Positions 37,832 to 49,796 of a stretch of 64,000 nt of DNA are shown piece after piece; positions within the stretch are counted from its first letter, which is position 1; the number at the start of each line of letters is the position of its first letter. The DNA comes from Octopus vulgaris (lineage: Eukaryota): NCBI GenBank assembly GCA_951406725.2, contig OX597814.1, positions 20,522,001 through 20,586,000 of the forward strand, written 5' to 3'. The notes under the pieces are model-generated. The model made no database searches. It saw only the letters and a program-made list of their open reading frames with translations, and was not told the origin of the DNA. The translations under genes and the position numbers were made by a program.

Positions 37832-38356
37832 ATCCATATACATAGAATATACAAGTCTTAGTCATACATGTTAAGTTTTAGCTCATGTAATAATGAGAAC
37901 TATATGAGTATAGGGTTGTGAAGTGAGAGTGTAATATAGGTTTTTATTTTTTATTGCTTGAAATAAATAATGTTTACATTTTAACGTTGTAAGTCTTTAC
38001 TAGACTGTCAAATCCCAATGTAGGATTCATTGGGGCTCCTTATTATTAGAAACTACTGATATTTAACAATTTATTAAAACTCATGATTTGAAAGATGTAG
38101 AGATACAAGTGATCTTCATGTAATGTATCACTAAGAAATAACTACCAACATATTCACCTCCAGGCTGTACAAATCTGAACTATTTGCAATGTATTTAAAA
38201 GAAAACTATTCTACTATAAGATCTAATATAAATAATTATGAGTAACATTACTGCCTGGATTTACCAATTTTCTTTATAGACCTAATTTGTAATTGCTTGA
38301 AAATGATGATTTCTTACAAATCTACCATAAAATACATTTCTGCTTTCAAGGCTAAA
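18860..38356 (-). CDS. Candidate micro-exon gene (exons 38356-38318, 25313-25287, 24726-24694, 22529-22497, 22333-22315, 19053-18860), product unknown
   Basis: Each short segment has a pyrimidine-rich YAG acceptor and a GTAAG donor; splicing in order gives one open frame of 114 codons ending at TAA 18860-18862. No homolog recognised and the first exon was not found. Confidence 0.35.
25960..27060 (+). mobile_element. Probable decayed Penelope-like element with degenerate hammerhead-like motif
   Basis: tgaagaa-gcctagag...ctcttggc-a-gaaac-ggcc-ata-cgg at 26597-26720; upstream sequence looks like decayed coding DNA, but no clean ORF remains. Confidence 0.35.
27107..27810 (-). mobile_element. CR1/L2-like LINE fragment (N-terminal half of RT)
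   Basis: [12 protein letters not shown]...[10 protein letters not shown]; [13 protein letters not shown]; [19 protein letters not shown]...[15 protein letters not shown]. Confidence 0.9.
27890..27935 (-). ncRNA. Minimal type I hammerhead ribozyme motif, U3-A8 core variant
   Basis: Minus strand ACTT-TTGACAA-T-CTTTTT(CTT)AAAAAG-T-GAAA-C(CG)G-TC^AAGT: stem I ACUU/AAGU, stem II 6 bp, palindromic stem III ACCGGU, GUC cleavage triplet. Confidence 0.65.
28561..28602 (+). ncRNA. Second hammerhead motif copy, stem I degenerate
   Basis: ATTT-TTGACAA-T-CTTTTT(CTA)AAAAAG-T-GAAA-C(CG)G-TC-TAGT; same core, mismatch at the first stem I pair. Confidence 0.5.
28698..29005 (-). mobile_element. CR1/L2-like LINE fragment (post-YADD RT thumb region)
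   Basis: Minus-strand [11 protein letters not shown]...[13 protein letters not shown]...[35 protein letters not shown], with internal stops. Confidence 0.88.
29006..29270. repeat. Compound (TA)n/(CA)n/(TACA)n microsatellite
   Basis: Direct reading. Confidence 0.97.
30578..30663. repeat. (CT)n(CA)n microsatellite
   Basis: Direct reading. Confidence 0.97.
31558..31981 (-). mobile_element. CR1/L2-like LINE fragment (ORF2 C-terminus)
   Basis: [18 protein letters not shown]...[34 protein letters not shown]. Confidence 0.88.
31979..33900 (+). mobile_element. RTE-clade LINE with APE endonuclease region and two internal deletions in RT
   Basis: [41 protein letters not shown] (APE endonuclease); relative to the 7640 copy, sequence is missing at ~33238 and ~33318; C-terminal [11 protein letters not shown] present. 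Confidence 0.93.
33901..34046. repeat. (TATAT[T/C])-type hexamer tract plus (TA)n
   Basis: Direct reading: tatattcatatttatatatttatattcat... Confidence 0.95.
35207..35426. mobile_element. piggyBac-type MITE
   Basis: TTAA|ccctttcgttac ... gtaacgaaaggg|TTAA; perfect 12-bp TIR and TTAA TSD. Confidence 0.92.
36193..37376 (-). mobile_element. Tc1/mariner-superfamily transposon relic (possibly maT/DD37D-like)
   Basis: Broken minus-strand motifs [34 protein letters not shown], a frameshifted WPPxSPDCNPxDY-like segment; degenerate termini aagggtgtttgggttaaattt / aaatgtagcttgaataccctgTA. Confidence 0.8.
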
Positions 38357-38401
38357 CTGAAAAAAAAAGATCAGCATAAACAAAAACATTGTTATAACTG
38401 T

Positions 38402-38456
<55 letters not shown>

Positions 38457-41400
38457 CTAAACACTTGTCTGTTTTCTTTCTTTTTTTCTTATTAACCTTG
38501 ATTTCTGTGTCAATCCTTCTCAGAACTTAATTAAATACTAATAACAATAACCTTTTATCTATTAGATGCTTGAGGCTTTGTTAGAAGCATTCTGTTCTCT
38601 GTAATGACAGAAAAAAAAATAATGAACTACTTATTAGAAAAACCATATAGAAATACATTTGTTGGGGTAGAAAAATGCCTTGCTTTATTTGTTCTGGCTC
38701 TGTGTTCAAATTCCACCAAAAACAACTTTGTCTTTCATCTTTCTGGGGTTGATAAAAAAGGAAAAAATGACCAGTGAAATACAGGGTTGATACAATCAAC
38801 TGTCCCTCTGCCCATCAAATTTCAAACCTTGTGCCTATGTTAGAAACAATTATTTAAAATTAATAAGGACTGTCATCATCTCATGACTGGTGCAGCTAAT
38901 GTTTAGGATGCTACTCCAGACACTCTGGCTGTCAAAACCTATTTGTCAGGCAGACAGACACAAGCTTGTAGAGTTAGGCTGTAGGTCTAAAGTAATTACT
39001 ATGTAGTAGTGTTTATTAGTATGCACATATAACTTTGTATGCTCGTGTCTGTCTACCTGACTGAAAACAGGCTTGACACTATGGTCATAGTTGCATTCCA
39101 GCCATAAGTCAATTATGTTCTATTTTCATTAGAACTCCTTTATTTTGTGTCTTTTGTCTTTTGAAATGGTAGTGGTGTAGTTTGGAAAAGATTTAGTTGA
39201 TATTTCTAGAAGTTGCCATGACCACATGAAGTTCCTTCATTTGCATGACTGCCTTTGTAATTCATGCTTGAAAATCAGGGATTTCCCCAACTTCTCTTTC
39301 AAGGGCATATGAAAACCACCTCTGTCACTTCCTGGCCTTTTCTAGATAAATTTGTTGGGAAAGAAGGAATTATCTTTTCTAGCTTATGTTGTTCACACTC
39401 TGAGGTTAATCTGTAGATTAATTTAAAGTAAGAACATTCTGCTCTCTCTTTATAACTCTCTGACTATTATCTATCATTAATTGGAATTTCTATGTCCCAT
39501 AAGATTCTTTAACTTCTTTCTAACTATAGTCTTTCTCTTAACCTTCTCTGTTTTCAGTTTGAAACCACAAATGTCTGATTAAAAGTGGGAGTATATTCCC
39601 CATCAATGATTAGTACTTTAGTGTTTGGTAAGTTGATGTGCTTACAACAAGGATTATTTAGCTTTCACATTTACCTGAGTAGATAGATGTTGGCTTTCTG
39701 AAATTATTGTAGAAAGGCTTATCAGTGTTTAATCCTTTTGGTACCAACCATCTAACATCACCTGTGGTTCTATGAATATAAAAGGACCCTCTTGTTTTAA
39801 AGTGTTTATATTAAAATTAAAATTTGTCTTAACTTTGTTAGAACTCTCTATGTTCTATACCCCATCTGAACTGTAAAGAAAATATTTTACTAAATCCCTC
39901 CAAATTCTTCATTATTTAAAAAAAAAAAAGAGACATAAATAGGGTTGGGGCATTTTTAGACATGAGTGATAAAGTGATTATTCAGTTTAGTGTACATTTT
40001 AAAATTGAATATCAATTTTATCACTTGTAAACTGGATTAAAACTAGATATATATTATCACATACATTCTTGATATAAACTGTAAAGTAGAGAGTTCTAAG
40101 TATTGAACCATGAGAAACATCATAAACTATTTAATAGTTTTGCAACAAATGTCATAGAAATTTCATTAGTGTTGTCATACATTTTAGGAGAGATGTTTGC
40201 ACAGTACTAATTCCATAGCTCATATAACCATGCTCCATCTGTTGTACTGCCTTTTTACATTCCATTCCCAGGATGACTCCAGATGATCCTAAGGAAAAGC
40301 AGTTACAACCTTGAGGGTTTGACCTTTCATGTTGCAATATACAGTTTGGATTTAACACAAAATTATAGTAGCTAGTCTTATGTTCTTGTAATATCTTAGG
40401 TTTTGATTATTCATAGTTTATAAGTAATTAGTTTATTTGTATGTCTCTCATTGGCAATGCCAATGGCTTTTGGGAAGTCTATCATAAAGTCATGGCTGGG
40501 GACTTGTGAATTCATTTTGTAACCTAAATATACTATCCAATGTTTTTCTCTCATTTTGTTGGTATTTTTTGGGAGACAAGTAATTTAGTTATGCATATTA
40601 TCATTTTGATTTCTGTCACTCCTATTTGACAAATAATTGTAACATAATATAGTAAGGCATTCAATGTCTAAAAACTGGGCCATTATTTTGTGCTTGGTAT
40701 TCTTTAGCAACTAAGAAACTCATTGACAACATCAAACCAGGAGATTTTCAAGTGACTCATCTCACAGACATTGGATCGATGAATTGTCAGAGTCATCTTA
40801 AGGTATCAGAATACCTTGAAGTATTTGTTCTATCTGTGCTCTGAGATTAAATTTTGCCGATGTCAACGTTGCCTTTTATCCTTTTGGGATCAATAGAAGG
40901 CAATACCAATCCAGGGCAGAATTGTAGGAATGTCAAACCAGATGCCTTACAGTATTTGTTCTGGCTCTTTGCCTTCTAAGTTCAAATGCTGCCATGGCCT
41001 ACTTTAGTGGTAGACTGAATTAGTTTCCCAGTTTAAAATCACTATCTGGCACCCTGGGTGCCTTTAGTGAGCTCCACTCTGTTGCAAGCTCATAAGCCAG
41101 GTCTCCAGTTTGAGGATTTCTTCTTCCCTCACTCTTACTAGTGTCAGAAATCCTGTAAATGGTCATAGGCATTGCCTTCTCTCTTGACTAAAAAATAGGA
41201 AAAAAAAATGTTCATTTAGTGATTTATTGATATAAATTGTGAACATCTTGTATCTTACTGTAAGTTGTGTGTTCAGCTATTTGTATCCTTCACTTATTTT
41301 TATTTGTTGATTACCATGTCCATGTAATGGCAGTAGTTCTATTACTTTGATATGTTATTAACAATTTTCGTAAATAGAATCCTCTAAGCTGTTGATTCAG

Positions 41401-41644
41401 TTACTAGCATGTGCATTTTTGACAGTCAATTTTGCTAGGTAGAGCAGGATAATTTTTTCTGAACAAATGTTTGCTAACATAGCTGCTACGCTCCCAATAG
41501 CTCTTCATCAGATTCATGTAACCGAGTGAGGGGTGTTCTCTAACCAGGAATAAGCCTTGATTCAATCCAGGAGTCCACTGCAATTTCTTTTAAGAGTTCC
41601 ATGATCGATACCAACTGACCTAATTCCTTGTCTTACCGTGACAT

Positions 41645-42200
41645 ATCATCATCCTTTAACGTCCGCTTTCCATGCTAACATGGGTTGGACAATTTGACTG
41701 AGGACTGGCGAACCAGGTGGCTGCTCCAATCTGATCTGACAATTTTTACAGCTGGATACCCTTCCTAACGCCATCCATTCCGAGAGTGCAGTGGGTGCTT
41801 TTACGTGCCACCTGCACGAGGGCCAGTCTGGTGTTACTGGCAACGGCCACGCTCGAAATAGTGTTTTTTACGTGCCACCTGCACAGGAGTCAATCCAGCG
41901 GCACTATTTTTCGCTCGAATGTTTTGTTCACATGCCACCAGCACAAGTGCCGGTAAGGCGATGCTGGTAACAATCATGCTCAGATGGTGCTTTTTATGTG
42001 TCCACCGGCACGGAAGCCAGACAGCTGCTCTGGCAGTGATCCCACTCAGATGGAGCTGTTAGCGCTCCACTGGCACGGGTGCCAGTCATCGAATTTGGTT
42101 GTTTCGATTTCACTTGCCCCAACAGGTCTTTGCAAGCAGAGTTTAGTGTCCAATGAAGGGAGGTTGGCATGGGTGCCAGTCGTCGAATTTGGTTCCAGCA
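41645..42200 (-). mobile_element. RTE 3'-UTR-only copy
   Basis: Reverse complement of the 4515-5107 type element, with an (ATC)n tail at ~41645. Confidence 0.9.
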
Positions 42201-42257
42201 GTTTAATTTTACTTCTTGGTTACCACTATAGCTTCATTTAAACAGGCTCTTCTTTGC

Positions 42258-42293
42258 ACTTAACCAAAAAACGATATCGTTTTTTGGTTAAGT
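42258..42293. repeat. Perfect 36-bp palindrome without spacer
   Basis: acttaaccaaaaaacgat|atcgttttttggttaagt. Confidence 0.97.
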
Positions 42294-42491
42294 TTAGAAG
42301 AAAGAATTCATTACATGGAAATGATGTCACTGAAAATGTGCATAAATATTAATTATTGCATTGATATAAGAGACTCATTAAAACTTTAAATTTGTTTTTA
42401 CCCATTTTATTTGGAAATTTTAATTACATATATTTTTGTAAAAATAAAAATATTAGTATTTACACTAGATTTTGAATTAGAGTTGCTTCAT

Positions 42492-42497
42492 TTTATT
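42492..42497 (-). promoter_or_regulatory. Candidate polyadenylation signal AATAAA of the KIF14-like gene (second candidate 42406-42411)
   Basis: tttatt on the plus strand ~220 and ~310 nt downstream of the TAG at 42718; AT-rich context makes chance matches common. Confidence 0.35.
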
Positions 42498-42574
42498 TTT
42501 CATTTACAAACTTTAGTAATATTAAATTAATACAATTCACATATCACAGATAAATATTATTAATATAATGGTGT

Positions 42575-42700
42575 TAAGTTTTGGCACACAACCAACAATT
42601 TTAATAGAAGGGGTAAGTCAATATCATCAACCCCAGTGCTTAACTGGTACTTATTTTATCAATCCTGAAAGGATGAAAGGGAAAGTCGACCTTGGCAGCA
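42575..42700 (-). mobile_element. SINE family B (Meta/Sauria-SINE-like central motif)
   Basis: ccccagtgcttaactggtacttattttatcaatcctgaaaggatgaaagggaaagtcgacc; related copies ~13820-14050(+), 24390-24570(-), 38670-38850(+), 40790-41000(+), 53455-53650(-), 59180-59270(-), 63500-63658(-). Confidence 0.75.
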
Positions 42701-42717
42701 TAAATATTGATATCATA

Positions 42718-42986
42718 CTAGTTACGTTTAGATACAAATGAGGGCTTTTCAGCAATTGATTTTAATTTGTTAGCTATCACTAATGTTTCTTGCTTAATAC
42801 CCTCCAATTGTTTTAAATTATTTTCTTCTGTAACATCAACTATATCTGAGTCATCAGAATTACTTTTACTGTCACTAGTAGTTGGTTTACCACTTTTGGG
42901 TTCTTTTAACAAAAGAAAAAGTTTTTCTACAGTAGAAGAAATTCCATCAACTATCCTGATTACATTTTCAGCTTTTTTGAGTTTAT
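42718..42986 (-). CDS. KIF14: KIF14-like kinesin, exon 12 in window (probable last coding exon)
   Basis: Acceptor ttttgttaattttgcag|, phase 1 matching the previous exon; (D)KLKKAENVIRIVDGISSTVEKLF...KPSFVSKRN then TAG. Confidence 0.75.
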
Positions 42987-43436
42987 CTGCAAAATTAACA
43001 AAAGCATATAAAAACAATTACATAATTCAGAATATTCACAATCACTTTATCAACTCTTGGCTTCTTTATATTTGAAAATTTAAAATTCTGTTGGAAAAGC
43101 CAATAGGTTTTTAATTTGGCAACACATAATATTGATATGACTCTAAACATGTCATAAATTAAGTTACAAAAAACATCATTTCAAACAAATTAAGTATTGT
43201 AATGAAAAAGTGAATATAGTACCAAAACAAAGAAATAGATTATGGTGCAAAAGATTAGAATCTTGATACTAGCTTTTCTGCATTTTTCTTATATTAATTT
43301 TACTCTTCTGTTGATTTTGGAAAATCATTCAAGTGCTTTTGTATAATCAATTACTAATGGGAAATTGTGCAGTTATCAAACAAATTGAAAAATATCCATT
43401 GTTTTTCATTAAAGGAAAAGTATCATAAATACAAAC

Positions 43437-43581
43437 CTTTACTGGAAGTTGTCTTAATAAGTATTAGAGATGATCCGCTTCCAACAAGTTTTTTCATGTT
43501 GAAATGGTAACTTTGATAATCTTTGTACATATGTGACGTGAAGAATGCTTTTGTTTTCCAGCTACTGTCAAACTTGCTTGT
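43437..43581 (-). CDS. KIF14: KIF14-like kinesin, exon 11
   Basis: tttttacattcag|TSKFDSSWKTKAFF...IKTTSSK g|gtttgt; 145 nt, phase 0 to 1, the only open frame. Confidence 0.78.
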
Positions 43582-43836
43582 CTGAATGTAAAAATTTTTT
43601 TTAAGTGAGAAATTTCCTAAACATTCTAAAATACTTTATATTAATTTCTAAATTTAGATTAGTCACTGTCTCTATTATTATCATACTTGGTCTTTCTTCT
43701 GTCATCATGCTCTTTCCTATTCCCCTTCTTGGTAACATACATACAGCCTTAAGGCAGCTAGTACTCTTTATATGGCAACTTCTCCTGTGCTAGTGCAAAG
43801 AGAAAGGCTTTTCCACTCTTGATGCACCCTCTAGAG

Positions 43837-44126
43837 CAGTGTTTCTCAACCTTTTTACCCTTGCGTAACCCTTAAATAAATTACATCTCAAGGAACTCCT
43901 GCACGAAAGAAATTATATACCATATCTTTCTCATATTTTTCCATCATAGTTCACTAAATAAATCCCCAAAGGTTATATTTTTTTAATAACATAATAGGTT
44001 ATGATGTCTATATTACAGTTAGTAATATTATGATCATGAAATTAGCATTAGCTCATCTCACTCTTTCACGCAGAACTCCTAGGAACCTTTTGTAGAACCC
44101 CAGGGTTCCGTGGAACCCGAGTTGAC
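43837..44126. mobile_element. hAT-like MITE relic
   Basis: Left end cagtgtttctcaacc preceded by ctctagag; subterminal (g)aaccc repeats; right terminus damaged. Confidence 0.6.
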
Positions 44127-46550
44127 CTGAGAACTTGGCAACTTCTCTAATGCTGGCGCCACAAGAAAATGACCCAGCACACTCTGTAAAGTGGTTGATG
44201 ATAGGAAAGTCATCCAGTTGTAGAAACTAAGCCATAAGGAAAGGTACAAGCACCAGACTGTGTTAATAATAGCTCCCAATAACAAATGATTTGGACTGTG
44301 ACAACCCATCCAACCCATGCTAACAATGTAAAATAATGATCATGAAAGGACAACAACAAATAAAAAAAATTTACATCCATTTCTCAACAAGTTTATACTT
44401 TGTTACTATTCCATAATCAGATACTTTTTTTTTTTTTACAATGGAAAAGAATGATACCAATATTGCCAAAGATTCATTTTTGTAAATCATTTTTGATAAA
44501 AGAAAAGCATTGATATACCATCAAATCAACATTTTCTAAAGTACAATATAAATTAATAGATTTCTTCTCAGTAATATGCCTTCACAAATCCAAAAGATAA
44601 TGGTAAGAATAACATTGCTTCTCCATGGATCTGTTGTTTAGCATATTACCACTAGTTTTGATCCCTTTAATCCCTCATAAATATCCAATAATGTGATCAC
44701 TATCCCATTACAAATTCTCATGTCTTCCTTGATACCTTCCACTTAAAGCACTTCTCTACCAAACACTGACATCTATTTGTATCATTTGTCCATACAGTAC
44801 GGCAATCCTGCAAACATCACCTTTAACTCCAAGTTTACTTGTGCTCTGCATGCAAATTAATGCTGCACATGTAAGGGATCATATTGAACTTCTTTCTTTT
44901 TAGCCTTTACTAGCTTTCTATGTCAAACACCCATATTAGATTACCGTGTAGCTGTTTGCATAATACCAAAACAAACAACAACAAAAAAAAACGCAACAGT
45001 TCGCTAGATCTCATCACTGCCGTTCTTATTCTAAATTCTATACATTCATAATAATTACCTAATTAGGCCCTAGGTAGCAGAATATTCTTCACACACTATC
45101 AATTTTCTAACTACCCTCTTCCTTATACATCAAGCAAACAAACTTTCTCAATCATACTAGTTATACTTTTCTAACTATCACTTTGGTCTTTGCCAGGTTT
45201 GAAAATATTACTGGAGATTTTAACAAATTCTGTTATGAGAACTTTGATCCAAATACCTATAAATATTTTCAATGACATCTCTAGTCTTGTTAAAAATTAT
45301 TGCTTCAATAACATTTAATAAATAATAGGGAGTTGAGGACAAAGCCCTGGGAGAAGAAAATTCTTTGTGCCAAATTCTTCTTTGAATTCATTGTCAATCT
45401 TAATGTAGCTACGAAATGGCTTGAACAGAGCTCATAAAGCTAATCATGTATATCTAGTTTCTCAGACCCTGCCTATCTACAGTGTACCACTTTAAAGTTA
45501 ACTGCAAAAGAAATTTTAAGCTGACACACAAGAAATGTATTTGTGATTCCACATTCTGATACAAATTCTTTCAAATAGAATGATTGGTTTGCCATTTCCC
45601 TATGCACAACCTTTATCTTTCTGCTATTTACTACTACTCATGAAGATCACAATTGTTTGTTTTGTCTTCATAGAAACCTAAATTAACTTTCTTCTGCTCT
45701 TTTACTTTGTGTAAATTTGTTCTCTATCATGACTCTTTATACTTCTCAATGTTGTTATCTCCCTCTCTCTGTCTGCATTCCTGACAACTGCTTGTTATGT
45801 TGTTGTTCTTTAGTTCCAGGTCAGCCCTTATTGAACAGACCTTGTAGTCAGACATTTTAGCCATGATCATCCATCTTTTTTTTCTATCAGGCAAAGTATA
45901 TCAAGGATTACCTTATCCAATGTATCCTTTTTTTCTTTAGTTTGAAGTAGCATCTGCTAAGGGAAATTTGGCTATTATTTCTAGCAGGTTGAGTAACCAT
46001 GTACAGACTTCCTTCTTAGATCATTGCTAGTTCCATTTGTATGTAAGGTAAGTAAATTATTTTATATTTCATACATTCACACATAAGACTTTAGATGCAG
46101 GAGATACACTGGTGTAGTGAACATCAAAAGCACACATGAAATAGACTGACGAATGCTCAAACAGCTCCCTAGAAATAAATGATAGTTTCTATTACTTAAG
46201 TGATCTAATTAGAAGTGGAACTGGAGGTCTCTGACATCAGAGAAAGAACCAAATAGTTCAAGGAATTGTGATCTCTGCTGATGATAAAGGATTTCTCTCA
46301 GAGTGAAGGGAAGGTAGCATGGAATGTGATACAGCATGCTAACAAAACATGAGCCTTGAATGTAGAAGATTCACAAAAACTAGAAAAAAAATGAAATGAG
46401 CATGCTTTGTTATATATGTAATGTTAGTGTACATGAATAATGTAGCATCAATGAGCTCTTGTGCACTACACTGAAAATAAGCGCCAATGCTCATCCTTGT
46501 TTCTCCCTCACACTCTTTTTCTGTTCCTCCTCTAGGACATGTTGCCTTAA

Positions 46551-46768
46551 CCCTTTAGTGTTCAGATTACTCTGTTAAATGTAATGCTTTTTTAATTAAA
46601 ATTGTTTTTAATTAATCCTGCATTATCTTATAGCTTTTGAGGTTTCAGTGATGTGATTGTTTATTTTTAGAATGTCAATGTAGATTAGGTGTAAGAGGCC
46701 GGATATCACTGGTTTGAATATAAAACAGAATATTTGGGCCGGATATGGCCGGTTTAAACACTAAAGGG
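46551..46768. mobile_element. piggyBac-type MITE
   Basis: TTAA|ccctttagtgtt ... aacactaaaggg|TTAA. Confidence 0.92.
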
Positions 46769-47698
46769 TTAAACAAGCAGGTACATTGTATAAAATGCAA
46801 CCAGTACATTATGTTTAGTGACTATGACAAAAATTGAGAGGGTCCATTGGTCTGCCTTGCTAGTGCCTCTATAAAATGGTCCCAGTACAACACTATAAAA
46901 TGGTCGGTGTCAGGAAGAGCAATCCAGCCTAATAAATCATGTCAAAACTGGAATGCTCTGAGTAAGCTGTCCTTTGGCCTGTCTAGAAGGGCAGTAACTC
47001 CAAGCTAAGAACTGATATTGATGTGTGTATGCACATATTTCAATTGCCTTTTGTATTGTATGCTAAACTTCTCCCCACCCCATCATATTATACCTCCACT
47101 TGCTTTACATAATCTTTCTGCTATCATATATCCACTTAATATAACCCCTCTCTCTCTCTAACCCCCCAGAACAATTCCAATCATAGTAAAACAATCATTT
47201 TTCGGTTTAGGGTGGAAGAAAGGGCTATATTTATAACCATAATAAGCCCTTCAAGATCAGTGAGGTTGACAGTTTTCTTTCTCTTGAACAGATACAAGTT
47301 GATGACTGTAGGGAAAATATGGAATGCAAAACTTGCAAACTATAACTGGGTATAATGGTAGTACTGGGATAGGCAGAGTGGTGGAAGAAATGTCTGTAAG
47401 TACTTTTTATTCATATTTCTAAATCACTTCTTGAATATAACTACCAAAATCATTCAGGATTACTTGTAATAATAGTTTGGATTTGAAAAACAAAACTCAA
47501 TTATGGTGGAAGCTTTGTTTTTCTTTGAAATATTAAGTTAGGATGACATGAGCAAATAGAAAATATGCAAATAGTTGGATTTCAATTACTAGCTTAGCGA
47601 AGAGGATAAACTGAAGTTTAATACTTCAACTATTTACTAAGTTGCTTAGTAAGTTGGTGTTTCAAGAAGTGTGAAGGAGTAAAACAAATTTGGCTTAC

Positions 47699-47773
47699 CA
47701 AAATTTTACAAGATTCCTTTAAGAATAATTTTATTGTTGCAACCAAATGTAGAATGGCTTTGGAAAGGTCCAG
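47699..47773 (-). CDS. KIF14: KIF14-like kinesin, exon 10
   Basis: tcttctttcag|[25 protein letters not shown]|gtaagc; 75 nt, phase 0/0. Confidence 0.85.
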
Positions 47774-47866
47774 CTGAAAGAAGATATAAAATCACAAAAT
47801 ATTATTTTTATCTATTTTAACAGTTATAAAACAAAATATTAATATTACAAAAAAAAAAATCTTGAC

Positions 47867-48004
47867 CTTTGTCACGTTAATTGCTGCAGGAATTGAATGA
47901 GGAAGTAACACTTTGTCTATATTTTTAATAGCTTCTTGTATATTGTTGATTATAAAAAATTTGCAACTTTCCAAGAATATTCTTAATATATTAAAATTAT
48001 TGAT
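47867..48004 (-). CDS. KIF14: KIF14-like kinesin, exon 9
   Basis: cttttcttttttcag|INNFNILRIFLESCKFF...AAINVTK|gtcaag; 138 nt, phase 0/0. Confidence 0.85.
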
Positions 48005-48299
48005 CTGAAAAAAAGAAAAGAAAAACAAGTCAATAAATAAAAGATATTTTATGACAAATCATATAATCAATATTTCTGGATTAAATACCAATCAGTATAA
48101 ACAGCTAAAAGAAAGAAACAGAACTGAGTAATATGTATTACAGGCAAACAAGATCTTTTTAGAGAATGAGTGAATGAAAAGGTGTAATATAGAAAAAGAA
48201 TAAGCATGCTATTAAATATAACAAAAAGAGAATTAAATATCTTTCTCAAAACTGGAGAGAATACAAAAACTTAAAGTTACATTGCAAGAGCAAAAGACT

Positions 48300-49750
48300 T
48301 GGGTTGCTTAATTTATTTCACCATAGGTTCTGATTCCATACAAATATGTGATCATTGCCTAGTTGATACAATCCCACACAATAGTCTTCATCAGGAATCC
48401 TCAGCAATCATGAATCAGTTGATTTGTTGAGGGTCTATCCATTCTACACTGACTACTCCAGGCAATAAAAGTGCTTGACTTTCGATCTATTAGAGAGATA
48501 AGCAAGTGACTTAAACAATCTCTTTTACATTCCTCAAATTTGAAAAGTGGTTCTTTATGCAGGTGAACTTTGATACCTACAAAACCTGAAGGAAATTTAT
48601 CAATATTACTAAAAGACATTAGAATCTATCAGTAAAGTTGACAACTATGAGTTCCACCAAGCTTTTATCTTGTAAGATAGAGGTTGAAGAGAGCTTCATT
48701 GGCAGGAAACCTCTAATCTATCAACTGTACAGATATAAGACCTCATTCTCTTATGAACCTTCATGGCAATCACACACTTATTCCATACCCAGGACTGCAT
48801 CCCAAAGACTGGATTACATTGCTAGAAAATACATGAACAGTTTTTGGCAGTTTTCAAAGTGTAAATTAAACTTTGATTAGAGTACTACTTAAATATCTTG
48901 GATGGTGCAACTAATACATACACACATTCTGAACAGCATCTAAACCATCCACTCATGAACATGTACTAATACACCATCATCTCTGCCTCTTTTATCACTA
49001 CTAAAATAACATCACCTCATTCTGAACCTTCAAAACCACTTGGTCTATCTTCTTTCATCTTTTCTTTTCACTAGATCTAACACCAATCATTCCCAAAGCA
49101 TTCTGGAACTCCTTCTTAATACATATTCTCATGTGAGCACCAACTTACAAAAAGTCAAGCTAAACATCAATTGTATCAAAGTTATCAAACTTTGAAAATC
49201 ACTACATTTATTGCCTTCTTTGTTTCATATTTCACTCAGCACATGCACAACTCAACACATTCTGAACCACCCTCAATCCCAAGTGCTTTACTATTTTGAG
49301 CAGATTTTCCAAGTGTAGTCACTTCAGATCAGCAAGGTCCCTAATCCTTATTAGCATTTATTCTATTGCTTTTCAGCCATATTTTCTTTCCATAGCAGTA
49401 TGTTCTATTTCTTCCACAAGCAAAAAAAAAATCTCTAACAATGCTAATTACCAACCTATTGTTCTTCAAACATCTCAAAAGTGGTGGCAGTAGCCATAAA
49501 AAACATCCTTGTATCAAGACTGTCTTTTTCTCTCCAGTAACTAATGCAACCTGGTTTATATCAATCCAGAACTACAGGAGAATTGTTGTTGTTTGTTAAA
49601 CACCAGTACTATCTCATTTTGAAAATATGTTCAATAAATGCTGCACTTACCTTACATACTCATCTTCACAATTATTACAAATGGTTAGCTTCACTGTTTA
49701 TGATTGTTTCTCATGACCACCATGTTTATAACCTTAACTACATCTTAAAT
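48300..49750. mobile_element. Heavily decayed LINE-like remnants (mixed orientation)
   Basis: Scattered RT-like vestiges without an intact frame; similar vestiges at ~3180-3900, 19700-19870, 44550-45780, 50110-50550. Confidence 0.35.
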
Positions 49751-49796
49751 GTTATGCCTACTCTCCAAAAGCAGAAGCTAATTAATTTCTTCTTAA

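Noticed and set aside
43022-43087. Possible extra exon NFKFSNIKKPRVDKVIVNILNY
   Set aside because: Phase 0/0 conflicts with the phase-1 junction between exons 11 and 12, and it would leave a ~35-nt intron.
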